Shown piece by piece: positions 24,100-34,935 of a DNA stretch of 64,000 nt. Source of the DNA: Takakia lepidozioides (Eukaryota; Plantae; Bryophyta); assembly GCA_030704615.1 (NCBI GenBank), contig CM060731.1, positions 31,496,001 through 31,560,000 of the forward strand, read 5' to 3'. A program made the position numbers and the translations under genes. The notes under the pieces were generated by a model. It saw only the letters and a list, made by a program, of their open reading frames with translations. It did no database searches and was not told where the DNA came from. Position 1 is the stretch's first letter. Each line of letters starts with the position of its first letter.

Positions 24100-25719
24100 G
24101 AGACGGAGGATCCAGTGATTTCTAAGGGCTTATAGAAATTGCTTTGCCTTCGGTTTGAAGGATTTGGGGAGTTTGAAGGGTCAGGAGATTTGTATTGATT
24201 TGACAAGTGACACGCCAATCTTTCGAAGGCCCTACCGATATAGTACATGGAGAGGTCATTGATCCAGTCATGGACTATGGAGTTGTTCAAAGCTGGATTG
24301 GTGGAGTTGTCAGGCGGGGAGTATACCTCGGCAACGGTGATGTCAGCTAAGAAGGATATCTATGGCAATTGGACAGAAAGAAGGATGTGTGGGGACTATC
24401 GTCCTGTGAATCGTCAGACTAAGTCCAATAGATATGTCATGCCAACTCTAGAGGAAATTTTTGATGCCATTGGGTATGCAAAGGTGTTTAGCACATTGGA
24501 CTTACGATCCGGTTACCACCTGTTGCCAATCAAAGAGGCTGACAAGCAAAAGACGACATTCTGGGGGATTGACCAACATGAGAAGGATTGCTTGTACCAA
24601 TGGCGCTTCCTACCGTTTGGGTTGAAGAATGCTCCTGCAGAGTTTCAGAGGGTTATGGATAGGATTCTCGCGGGGCTAGAATTTGCCCTATGTTACATTG
24701 ATGACATCATCGTCTTTAGTGCTACGGTTGAGGAGCATGAGAGACACCTTCAGGTAATGTTTGAGCGCTTGAGAGTGCATGGGTTGAAATTGCACCCTGG
24801 GAAGTGCAAGTTCTTCTACAACCAGATTGAGTATCTGGGCCACATGATATACCTTGGAGGATTGGGTGTTCAAAAGACGAAGGTGGAGGCCATTGTACGC
24901 ATTCCACGCCCCATAGATGTTAGCAGAGTTCGTGTTTTCATGGGGTTGGCAAACTACTATCGACGGTTTGTCAAGGGATTTAGCAGCATTGCAAAGGCTC
25001 TTCCCAAGTTGACCAAGGTGGGTCAGGAGTGGCAGTGGGAGGAGGAGCAGGAGGAAGCCTTTGAGGAACTCAAGGCTCAATTGACTTCTGCACCTATTCT
25101 GAGGCGGCCTATTCGGGGGCGGCATTTCCAGCTACATACGGATTGGAGTATGCTGGGGATTGGAGCAGTGCTCACACAGGTGGATGATGAGGGAAGAGAG
25201 TTCGTAGTTGCATATGCTAGCGGCTCAAACAATGATGCCAAGGCGAAGTATAGTTCCTATGAAGGGGAGTGTCTAGCTGCGGTATGGGCAGTGACACATT
25301 TCAGATGCTACCTCTATGTCAATCTCTTCACCCTTGTCACGGATCACCAACCATTGAAGTGGTTGATGAAGTCAGACAAGCTTACAGGGAAGCTTGCACA
25401 GTGGGCACTTATGCTTCAAGAATACAACTTTCAGGTGGTGCATCGAGCTGGTATTGTCAATCGGGATGTAGATGGATTGAGTCGTAGTCCATGCATGAGC
25501 AAGCATGATGATATTGGAGCTCGATGGCATGGTGAGACGGATGAGGAGATGGTGCAAGGATGGCATGCATCTGCCTTTTTGTACATCCTAGCGATGGGAG
25601 CTCAAGCTGGTCCATCCCATAGCATTGGTCATGTAGATGGTGTGCATGACGATCTGGAGATCAGTGAGGAGCTTGGTGGTGCTAAGGATGCATCAGTGTT
25701 GGCCTACCTTCGTACATGA
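24100..25719 (+). pseudogene. pol: Ty3/gypsy reverse transcriptase-RNase H
   Basis: RMCGDYRPVN, TLDLRSGYH, PFGLKNAPAEFQR, YIDDIIVF, LHTDWS, YSSYEGECLA and TDHQPL. Confidence 0.95.
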
Positions 25720-25734
25720 GAGACAGCAGCCAGT

Positions 25735-26745
25735 GTGACTGCTAAGGAGAGAGATCGGATCCTCCAACGAGCCAAGATGTTCAAGTGGGATGGGACTCAC
25801 CTACTCCGAATATGGGAGGATGGACGAGTGAGGATTGTGCCTCATCCAACACAACGAGCGCGATTGGTACACCATGCCCATGAGGAGTTGGGACATATGA
25901 CAGTACTGGTGGCGGGACATGCACACGGATGTGCAACAGTTAGTGGCAAGGTGCATGGTGTATGATAAAGTGCGGGCTTCTTTCAATTGCATCCTTTACC
26001 CATTATGGGTTTGGGCTATCGTTGGAGTCTTGACTTCACAGGCTAATTGCCACTAACGATTCGCCATAATAAGTATGTGCTGGTGATGGTGGAACATTTC
26101 TCCAAGTGGATTGAACTGGTGGCATTGCCTGACAAGGCAAGTGAGGGGGTTGCGTATGCATTCTTAGATCGAGTGCTTAGCCAATTTGGTGCTCCAGCCG
26201 AGGTACTCACGGACCAGGGGAGAGAGTTCTTGGGGGAGTTTCAGGCTTTGTGTGAGCAAGCCTTGATAGATCACCGCATTACTTCTCGGGATCATCCCGA
26301 GGCTGATGGCCTGGCAGAGAGGGTTGTACAAACAGTCAAGCGAGGCTTGCGCAAGTATGGCTTGCAGAAGGGACACTTATGAGATTGGGACCTTCAGCTA
26401 CCTTGGTTGGCCATGGGCTACAGGTTTAGCAAACAAGCATCACTTGCCTCGTTCTTGCCTTATTTCCTTCTATTTGGCCGAGAGCCAGATTTGCCTGCAT
26501 CTATTCGCAGGGAGACTGCAGTAGTCCTCAACCTTGATGATCCGGATGTGTGGACACAAGCATGTGCCCAGCGGGCAGAGTTGTTCAAGAGAGTCATGCC
26601 TATGGCTTTTGAGAACCTTGCTATTGCCCAACACCGAGACACATTGAGGTACGTCACTATACGTGGAGGGGGATATCGGCCAGGTGTTCGGCGTTTCCAC
26701 CCTAGGGACTATGTGTATCTGCAGCAGACAGCGCCCACTACAGCA
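25735..26745 (+). pseudogene. Ty3/gypsy integrase, 3'-truncated
   Basis: HEELGH..CxxC, WSLDF, EHFSKW, LTDQGREF and DGLAERVVQTVK. Ends abruptly at a poly-G run. Confidence 0.92.
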
Positions 26746-26747
26746 AA

Positions 26748-27055
26748 TGGGGGGGGGGGGGGGTTTGCGACGCCAGCCGCGCCCCCAAGCCCCGCGCGAC
26801 GCTGAGCTCGCGGCGTTTGTTTGCGACGCCCCGGCGTCGCAATCCTCCGCTGCGACACCATTTCGATGCCCAGCCGTCGTAAGGTGGCATGAAGGGGGAA
26901 AGAGGGCCCTCGCTTCGACGGTTTTTTTTTTCTTGCGACGCCATGGCGTTAGAAATTTTTTTTTTTTTTTTTTTATTTATTTTTAAATTTTTTTGGGACG
27001 TTGCGACGCCGAGCACCTCTGCGACGCCAAGGCGTCGCAACAGCATCACCATAGT

Positions 27056-27096
<41 letters not shown>

Positions 27097-27215
27097 GACT
27101 TTGCGGCCCTCAATTTCACAAAAGCGTCGCTGGGGGCGCCCCGCGCTGGGACGCCCAACGTTGTGACGCCAGGGGGTCGCAATGGCGTTGCCACAGGGGG
27201 TCGCAATGGTGTTGT
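26748..27215. repeat. CpG-rich insert with TTGCGACGCC/GGCGTCGCAA motifs in both orientations and long homopolymers (probable DNA-transposon end)
   Basis: More than 10 GCGACGC/GCGTCGC motifs, poly-G and poly-T tracts. Confidence 0.55.
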
Positions 27216-27665
27216 GGTCAGCTTAGGTCATCACAAAGACGTCGCTTGGGGCGTCTGGTGGTGGGGAAGGTGCAACAACGACGACGATGCTGGGGCTGGG
27301 GCTGGGCACTAAGGCTGTGGAGGGAGAATGGTTGTGTCCACGATGCCTTGGCCATAGGTAGTGGGCATGACAATGATGTAGTTCACAAGTGATCCAAGGT
27401 CTAGCGCTCAACGCCATGGATACTCAATTGAAGATCATGGATTGCAAGCATGCGACTAACGATGGGGCTCTTGTTGCACCCGGCCTCTTGATCCATATAC
27501 TTTAGAAAATTGTGAGATGTGCGATTGCAGACCAAGCGATGATCTTATTGAGATGAATACTTGTCAGCTATCCGGTGTTAGATGGACCTAATCACCAGCT
27601 AGGGGGGCGATTGTGGCATAGCTTACTAGGATTGTGTGCTTAGAATGTATGGTGGACAACGATGT

Positions 27666-28135
27666 CGGTTCCTGAACCTCCTCGACTTAAATATTGCCTC
27701 CACCTCGTACTCAGGTTCATTTTCATGATCCAACAGCATAGGTGGCGGACGCAACACTTGATGCCGATTCGGACGCGCTTCATCTTTGAAGTAAGGCTTC
27801 AAAAGGGAGACATGGAATATTGGGTGCACCTTGCTGTTTGCCGGCAGCTCCAATTCATACACATCGTCATTCATAACCTTCCGAATGCGAAAGGGTCCCG
27901 CATACGGAGGTACGAACTTCGGACTCACTTCCGGAGGTAGTCGGAAATTCTTGATGTTCAACCAGACCTCTGTGCCTGCCTCAAACTTCACTTCCCTTCG
28001 CTTCCGATTCGCCTGCCTTTCATACCGTTTCCTAGCTTTGGCAATATTATACTTTGCGAGCTTCAACAAACGCTCGCGTTCTTCCAGTACCGCCGCTACT
28101 GCCGGTTCCTCAACGTCCTGGGCGGCCCAACTCAC
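27666..28135 (-). pseudogene. Fragment of a different chromovirus integrase C-terminus (GPY/F module plus start of chromodomain)
   Basis: ANRKRREVKFEAGTEVWL, KFVPPYAGPFRI, YELELP, HPIFHVSLLKPY and EYEVEAI. Lies between 56-bp direct repeats at 27610-27665 and 28247-28302. Confidence 0.9.
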
Positions 28136-28632
28136 TTGGTATGTGAGACCAAATGAAGTCCCAACACACAAAATACAAATATAAATATCCAAAATATCCT
28201 AGTTAACTAGAAGTAGGTAATTCTAGTTAACCATGACTAAAACCATATTGTGGCATAGCTTTCTAGGATTGTGTGCTTAGAATGTATGGTGGACAACGAT
28301 GTATGTTGTGGCACGATGCTTAGGTGCACAACAATGCTAACCTGTCATTGGGAATGAGGCCGAGGAAGTGGCCATTGAAGGTGTAGATGGTGGACATACG
28401 CGGGGCTTGACAGATTGTGGGGGAGGTATGCAAGATGTCCTTATCCAGGTTGCATTCTGTGATGTGTATGTGTATGTTGGAGGTGGCAGGCGGTTGATGT
28501 ATGTAGCGGGCATCTGTGGATTGGGTTTATGTTGTTAGTGGGTATGCGCGAGGTAGTTAATATTAGTGTGTTTGTGGAATGCGGTAAGGAGTGTGAGATT
28601 GTGGGCGGGGTCACAATCGTCGTGCAAGCCAA

Positions 28633-28775
28633 AGAGGTTATCCTCGATTTGCCATGAGTTATCATTTGCTATGAAGCCAGCCCATTGGCAGAGGTATTAT
28701 GTATCAACGCATGGTGCTCCATATGAGTCTGTAGAAGTTTGGGTTTTAATACCTAGGATGGCTTCGATAACGTAT
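28633..28775 (-). pseudogene. Chromodomain within the LINE ORF
   Basis: Manual translation YVIEAILGIK...DT*YLCQWAGFIANDNSWQIEDNL matches the chromo pattern YxVExI...YLxKWxGY...NTWEPExNL. The single stop is TAA, probably from CAA. Confidence 0.75.
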
Positions 28776-29299
28776 GCGTCGGGGTTGGCATGGTGAGCTG
28801 TGGGGGTGGTGGGTGAGCATGAAGAGGGAGGGGATTCAGCAGAGGTGAAAGTAGTCTGCGTAGGAGAGGGCATATGGGGGTGCACGGGAGGGGAGAGGCT
28901 GGAGGAGAGGTGGATGTGGATGGGGTGACGGTGTCGTGTGTGTAAGAGGTTTGGGAAGTTCTAAGTGTATGTAATATAGAGGGAGATGGGACTGATCTAT
29001 AGGCGGGTAATAGGGCTCGTTGAGTGTGTGGGAAGAGTAGGCATGGAAGATCACATTTGAGGGTACATGATGCAGAGGGGTGACAAAGTAGGGTGCATAG
29101 GTGTTGGAGAAATCTGCAAGTTTTAGCCATGGCTCGAGAGTGTTTAAGAGTGAATTCACCTGGGGATAGTAGTTGAGTACCGGTGACGGTGGTAAGTTGG
29201 GTGAGATGAGTGATATGTTGTTCTTTAAAATAGGTGAGGAGGGGCCACTTTTGGCGGGGATGGAGGCGTTCAAAGTGGGAGAGGGATGGACTAGTGTTC

Positions 29300-30720
29300 A
29301 AATTGTGTTCTAACTGTGATACCGTGTTGGGATAGCCGGGTAGATCAGTTTGTATGCTAATATGCCTTTGTCGCAGAATGAATAGTGTAGGTGCCGTGGG
29401 GGAGTGGAGGGATGGAAGGGATTGTAGTCCATTGAATTTTTGGGCGAGGAATTGAAGGAGGCCACGATAGATGAGTCCCAGGTGACCGGGGTCGTTGAGA
29501 GCTTCTCGTAGCTGGGTGCCGAGGGTACGGGCATATGAGTTGATTAGGGGGATAGAGCCGACACCATAACAGTCTGTAGGTAGTTGGGTAAGAGCGTTCG
29601 GAGTACTAGTGGGTAAACCACATATCCGCTTGGTTAGCTGGGTAAAATGTTTGTCCAGTACTTTGAGATCCGGCAGAGAGAAGGGAGTAGCGTGGAAAGA
29701 GTATTGGACTTGTGGCTTAAGCACAGAGCGGGTGATTGCTAGCTTAGGTCTAATGGATACAGAGGATTTAAGAAGAGCTAGGCTTTTGTTGGTTAGTTTG
29801 GCAAGTGTTGTGGCCTTTTGTACATGCCAGGTAAGTGACGGGACTAGCTGGATGCCTAAGTATGTGTAAGGCTCGTCAGGCCGTAGGAAAATGAAGGGAT
29901 TATTTAGGTAGTGGATATAGAGTTTACAGTGGGAGGCAATCGTAATCTTCTTTAATTTACTGTGATGGGTTGTTGCGGTAACGGCGCACTTGTGGAGGCT
30001 GAGTTCCATGCCAGACCATAGGTTAAAGCGGGATAGTTTGCTGACTTGGCGGTTTTTGAAGTCAATATACATGAGGTAAATATCATGTTTAGTGAGTTTG
30101 GCATCTTCGAGGGCACTATAAAACCTCACCGAGTGAAATATCCGCTGCCGCATATGCTGACGACCTCGCTATACTAGCCCACAAACCCCAACACCTCTTC
30201 GGATCCTTAGATCATGCCAGATTACTTGCAGTCATAACGGATTTAGGCTATCCCACCAATGATATCCAACTCATTGGCAACATTTATACCAACAGTACTA
30301 CTGAGTATTCCGGTTTATACTATGGCACTACTCCCCACATCCCTATCATGCGCGGCACTATATAAGGTGACACCCTTAGCCCATACCTATTTATTATCTT
30401 TCTAGAATCACTACTACGATGGCTAGCACGCGGTAATCTTAGTTCCCCGTAGTTGGATAACAGCGCGGTTAGTGTGCTGGTGAACAGTTTATAGATGGTG
30501 TTGGCTAGGGCTATGGGTCTATGATTACCAAGGTTAGTGGGATCGTCTTTCTTGAAGAGCAGGATGGTGCGGCTATGTTTCCATGTGTGTAGGGATACGT
30601 TGAAGCTGATAGCAGAGTTTGAAAATTTTGAAGATAAGGGTATGGAGATTGGGATCAAGTGCTTGTAGTATAACATCAGGGATCATATCGACAAGCCCGG
30701 GGGCCTTTGATTTGGGTAGA
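29300..30720 (-). pseudogene. LINE reverse transcriptase domain (core rearranged)
   Basis: TILLFKKDDPTNLGNHRPIALANTIYKLF, ALEDAKL, IDFKN, KC and YTYLGI on the minus strand. RGTI*GDTLSP and AYADDL lie on the + strand at 30117-30440. Confidence 0.9.
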
Positions 30721-30747
30721 CTTTTGAGGCAGGAGTTGTAAAGATCA

Positions 30748-31444
30748 CACTACAACAGATCGCGGTAGTTATGACTGCCAAACCGTGGTAGTCATGGTTT
30801 TCATGACTTTGACCATGACTGCACCATGTTTTTATATGAAATTGACCTCCCGCAGTTGTTCATACAACTGTAGTCATATAAACGACTATCTAAATAGTCG
30901 TCTGTATGACTACATGGCTCCGAAATGGGCGGAAGGCTGGTCAACGGTAATTGACCAGATTTAGCTCACCATTCATAGTCATTTCCATGACTACAGTGTA
31001 CATGGATGAGGTTACATAGTCATGATGACTACTGGGGATTTTGTAATTTGGTGTGTATAATACAATTAAAACACCATATGATCATGTGAATGACTAATGG
31101 GTATATTGGTTAACAGGTAGTGAACTATAACTCTCATAATAAAGAGGTTGCAGGTTCAAACTCCTCTAAGTACAATCAAATGGATAAGATGGCCCTAGGG
31201 TTAGTAGGCGAGCTATGGATAGCACGTGGTACCCTAGATGGATTGCCACGTGGTTTTTTCATTATTATAAAATGCATTATGCCACGTGGCACAATGCGGT
31301 GCGACGCGACATTTGACATATGTTTTTATTTTTTTAGTTTCTTAATTTAATTTAATTTTTTAAATCAATTGTGCCTCGCCACGTGGCGTGGCAGCGGCGG
31401 CTGCAGTATCGTATATATGACTGCAGTGAGAGATATCACTTGGT
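30748..31444. mobile_element. Second, truncated copy of the 871-bp CACTA element, in opposite orientation
   Basis: Starts CACTACAACAGATCGCG and is the reverse complement of about 9126-9846. The other end is lost together with LINE sequence. Confidence 0.92.
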
Positions 31445-31869
31445 AAGTAATGCGGGGGTCTTGCCTCCGTTCTATGTAATGACTGTTTGATGGGGAGTTA
31501 GGAATGATAGTAAGGGCACGACGTATGGTATGATGGGTGTTAAGGTGAGAGGTCCAGGCACGTTTTTGAGAATGGGTGAGGTGACCGCCATTTTGTTTGG
31601 ATCTAGTGGTTTGGGGTAGGTCCTGTGGGGCCGAGCATGTTACCGACACACTCTTAGTCATTTCTTGGAGGATGGTTGTGAGGGTATGTTCGGCCTCAGT
31701 CCAGAGAGGGTGTATGAGAGTTTTTGGGTAAGGAGTGATGCGTGTGGTTGGAAGTGTTTTAGAAATGCGGTAATGTTATGTTGGGGTAAGGGTGAGAGGA
31801 GACGAGGTTGTGGGTTGTGGGTCTGGGTTGGGGGTATGGGCCGGATGGGAACAAGGGACGGGGGAAAAG

Positions 31870-32650
31870 AGACCGAGACTGGGTAATGATCTGAATTACA
31901 GATGCTGTCAATATGGATATGACTTGTGAGGTATGCGGGGATTTCACTAGGTGACTTAAGATAAAAACCGTCGATAAGGCTTAAGGACGAGTAGTTAAGA
32001 CCGCCTTGCCTTGACTAGTGATGGTCTGAAGGTATGTACCTGAGCTGATGCTTATGTATAAAGTGGGCCTAGTCTTGGTCAAGAGAGGGTGGTGGTTTGT
32101 GGGTACCATTGTATGTATGGCCCCGTAGAGCGATATCTCGGTTAAAGTCACCTGCTAGTATGTAGTCATGGTGCTGATGCGTGGGTTGCGTGATTGTGGC
32201 AAAGATTGTGTGCAGTATGTCAGGTATCAAGGGTAGGTCATCAATATGGGAAGGCATGTATAAGTGGATGAGGGTGATGGGGGTCAGTGAGGAGAGGTGC
32301 AATTGGACGATTTGAAGATGACATCTGAGGGAGGGGTACTAGTCCTTTTGTGGTGGTACAAGAAGAGTGATGAGTACGGAGGATGCCAAGCGCAACTCCA
32401 CCCCGGGTAGGGCAGTATGGGGCAGAGCAACAACGGAGGCATTGTGGGGAAGTCATGGGAGTCCCGTATATGAGATAATAAGTTGGTAAGAGTTTGTTGA
32501 TGTAGGAGCTGGTGGTGTTGGAAGTGTGTAATTTGGTTTCTTGTATGAAAATAACATGTGGGGGCGTGGAGTCTGTAAGGAGGTGGATCAGGCTTTGGAT
32601 GTTGGTGGCCAGGGATCCAACGTTCAAAGTGGTGATATTGAAAATGTGTG
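31870..32650 (-). pseudogene. LINE apurinic-like endonuclease (APE) domain
   Basis: Motifs TLNVGSL, FIQETKL, GGVALGI, HLYMPS, ILAGDFNRD and SDHYPV in the expected order, with frameshifts. Confidence 0.9.
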
Positions 32651-34559
32651 GGTTTAGGTCAGGGGTGGTCGGGTTATGGCATCGTGATGTAGTGGGTGTA
32701 GAGGAGTGATGGTGGGATGCGGGATACTAGGGGGTTGGAACCCTGGGAGGGGCATGGTAGCGTTAAATCGTAGCAGACAAGATGGTGGTAGAGAGAAATG
32801 AGAACTTGCTAGCGATGGTATGTTCATCTGGGTTAGGAGTGGGAACATATGCCAGATGGTCTCCTAATAGCTTGTGTACCACTCCAGGGTTTGATTGCAA
32901 GAGGTTAAGAGACGCGTGGAGTTCAGCTAGGCAATGTGGTGGAGCCAAGTAGTTATCGGGTTGTGTGGGTAGATCGTGTAGATGATGCAATAGAGAAATG
33001 AGTGGGGAGTCTGGTTGGGTTACAATCATGAGAACAACTTTAATTATCCATGATTTCAGAGCATTGTGGGATTGGGGATCCTCTGCACCCGACTCCCTGA
33101 TTTGAACCCATTCTGGACCACCAACTTTCATAAGGAGCTTTTGATAGATACCTTCAAGGGGAATGAATAACATGTCTATAGAGTCTCATAACGATATACA
33201 TGACAAAGGGAAGTGTACAACAATGGACAATTTTGTCCACTTTCCCCTTGATGTGATTTTGCCTTCCGCGTTTTTTTCCTAGTGTATTTGTTTTTGTGTA
33301 ATTTTTTTTCCTTAGACTGGCCTTTTCTCTTGAAGGTTTTTCCATTTTCCCACCATATATATATTTCTTTTCCTTTTTGTTTTTTGTTTTTGCCTTGTGT
33401 GTTTTATCTACTCTTGAAGTCTTTGTTTTTTTTTTTCCTCCTGAAGTTCTGACTAATTTCCACATGATGCATGGTTTTTCCATTCCCCCACTTGTAATGG
33501 TTTTGTTGCCTCTGTCTCTCCGGGACAGAAACTTTCCATCATGTTGAAGTCAATGGAGAAAATGTGGTCAACGGACCTTACACCGTGTCAAGAGTATGAT
33601 TGGTGTAAGAAAAACTCTTAAGTATAAACCATGTGGCAGCTTATCAAAATTGTTGATTCAATGGACAAAGCCTCTCGCAGTTTGCGGCTTCTTCCCCTCA
33701 GTGTAGTGATAAAAAATTTCTGGAGCATTTCAACTGATATCTTGATTCCCTCCAAGATTGTCCCGTAGTAGTGTCCATTTCTTCTTTGTGTTGTTTTCTA
33801 TGCTAATTGTATGAGTTACATGCAAGAATTATGTTTCCCACGTTATTCCAATGAACATGCTCAAGAGTCATGCTCTAAAACCTATGGATATGAGCGAATT
33901 TGTCCCCATTAAGCATTCTATAAACATCACTAAAAGCGCCCAACATGTATGTGGCTAGCACATTTATCTGCTTGTAGTCATGCAGAACTAAAGTCTCTTA
34001 AGAAAATCCTACAAGTTACACACAAGTTATAGCGTACTGTCATATATTGGGCCACGATGCAAAATAAAGAAAAAGATGAGAGAAATTGAAATGAAATAAA
34101 GAGACAACCAGTGTCTGGATCTTTGTCTTCTTGTTCTCTGTATGCACCTTATATCTTAGAATTTATCATATATGTCCACTGTCTTTTAGTGCATCACGAT
34201 CGTGCTGCCTTTTTTATCAAATAAAAAAACTCCAATGGACATTTCCCTTTCATGGATAATATTTTACCGAGTCTTCCTAATAGTGCTCATTGTATCTCAT
34301 GTTTGTTGTGAAGAACCTCATAATGTGGGATCCTCCTTACGATTGAACCATTCGTGCATTAATCTCATGTTAGTGTTTAAATAGATTTTCCATTGTGCAA
34401 GACAATACTTCATGAGGTATGTTTCTCCATATAAGACATTGTCGGCGCCCTTCAGGAAAACCGTGGAGGTTTCATTATTCAAGATTCAAATCTTTAGCAA
34501 ATTGACGGCCACTTACTGTGCATGGATGTTGTTCATGCAATATTTATTTTATCACACGT

Positions 34560-34935
34560 GAAAATTTATCTCCCTAATTTGTTGGTAGCATTGGGAACTT
34601 TATACACACAATTTCAACTTCCAAGAAGACCACACAGGATTTTCGAAGGAGTGCATAAGTGCTCTCTGATGTCCTCCACTTCTAATAATATTTTCCAGCG
34701 ACAACCATGTCTTCTTCAAGAAACCTAGTGCCTCACGCATCAATAAAGCTCTTTTTCACGGCATGAAGAGGCCGGGAACAACAAATGACTTAGAAGTCCA
34801 CCCCTGCTTCATTGCCAGGCTCCTCAGCATTCACTGCAAAATTATCGTCAATCTCAATGCAGGAGGCAAGGTAATTACCGTTGATCCCAAACTTTCATTC
34901 TGAACTTCAAAACTGTAGTTCTCAGTATCCAAGCC
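34560..34935 (-). pseudogene. Relic of a Sola2-like (DFAENY-type) DNA transposase, internally deleted
   Basis: ENYSFEVQNE followed by FAVNAEEPGNEAGVDF*VICCSRPLH..DMVVAGKYY*KW..YALL, resembling bryophyte transposase segments as recalled. Many stops. Confidence 0.45.

Larger units (their letters stand above)
15513..28333 (+). mobile_element. Composite LTR-retrotransposon insertion containing the DNMT3-bearing Ty3/gypsy element
   Basis: Flanked by an ATGC(T) duplication (15509-15513 and 28334-28338); removing it restores the LINE frame. Contains an LTR-like region (about 15583-19774), gag-pol, and a PPT-like AGGGGGG at 27601 followed by TG. Confidence 0.8.
7041..33023 (-). mobile_element. Dualen/RandI-like non-LTR retrotransposon (APE, RT, chromodomain, PCIF1-like MTase fold, RNase H, CCHC-RLE), probably 5'-truncated, decayed and split by nested insertions
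   Basis: 14-bp TSD AATCATGAGAACAA at 7027-7040 and 33024-33037. T-tail in the sense direction (A-run 7044-7064 on +). Element pieces 31445-33023, 28334-30747, 14386-15513, 7805-8514 and 7041-7578 are colinear; the frame rejoins across two insertions (IPNDRLA|WLWAKY and PDILLV|HGLP). Confidence 0.9.

Noticed and set aside
27430-27595. PHD finger after the integrase (CEMCDC...)
   Set aside because: Cys/His spacing is incomplete and interrupted by stops; it cannot be supported by eye.
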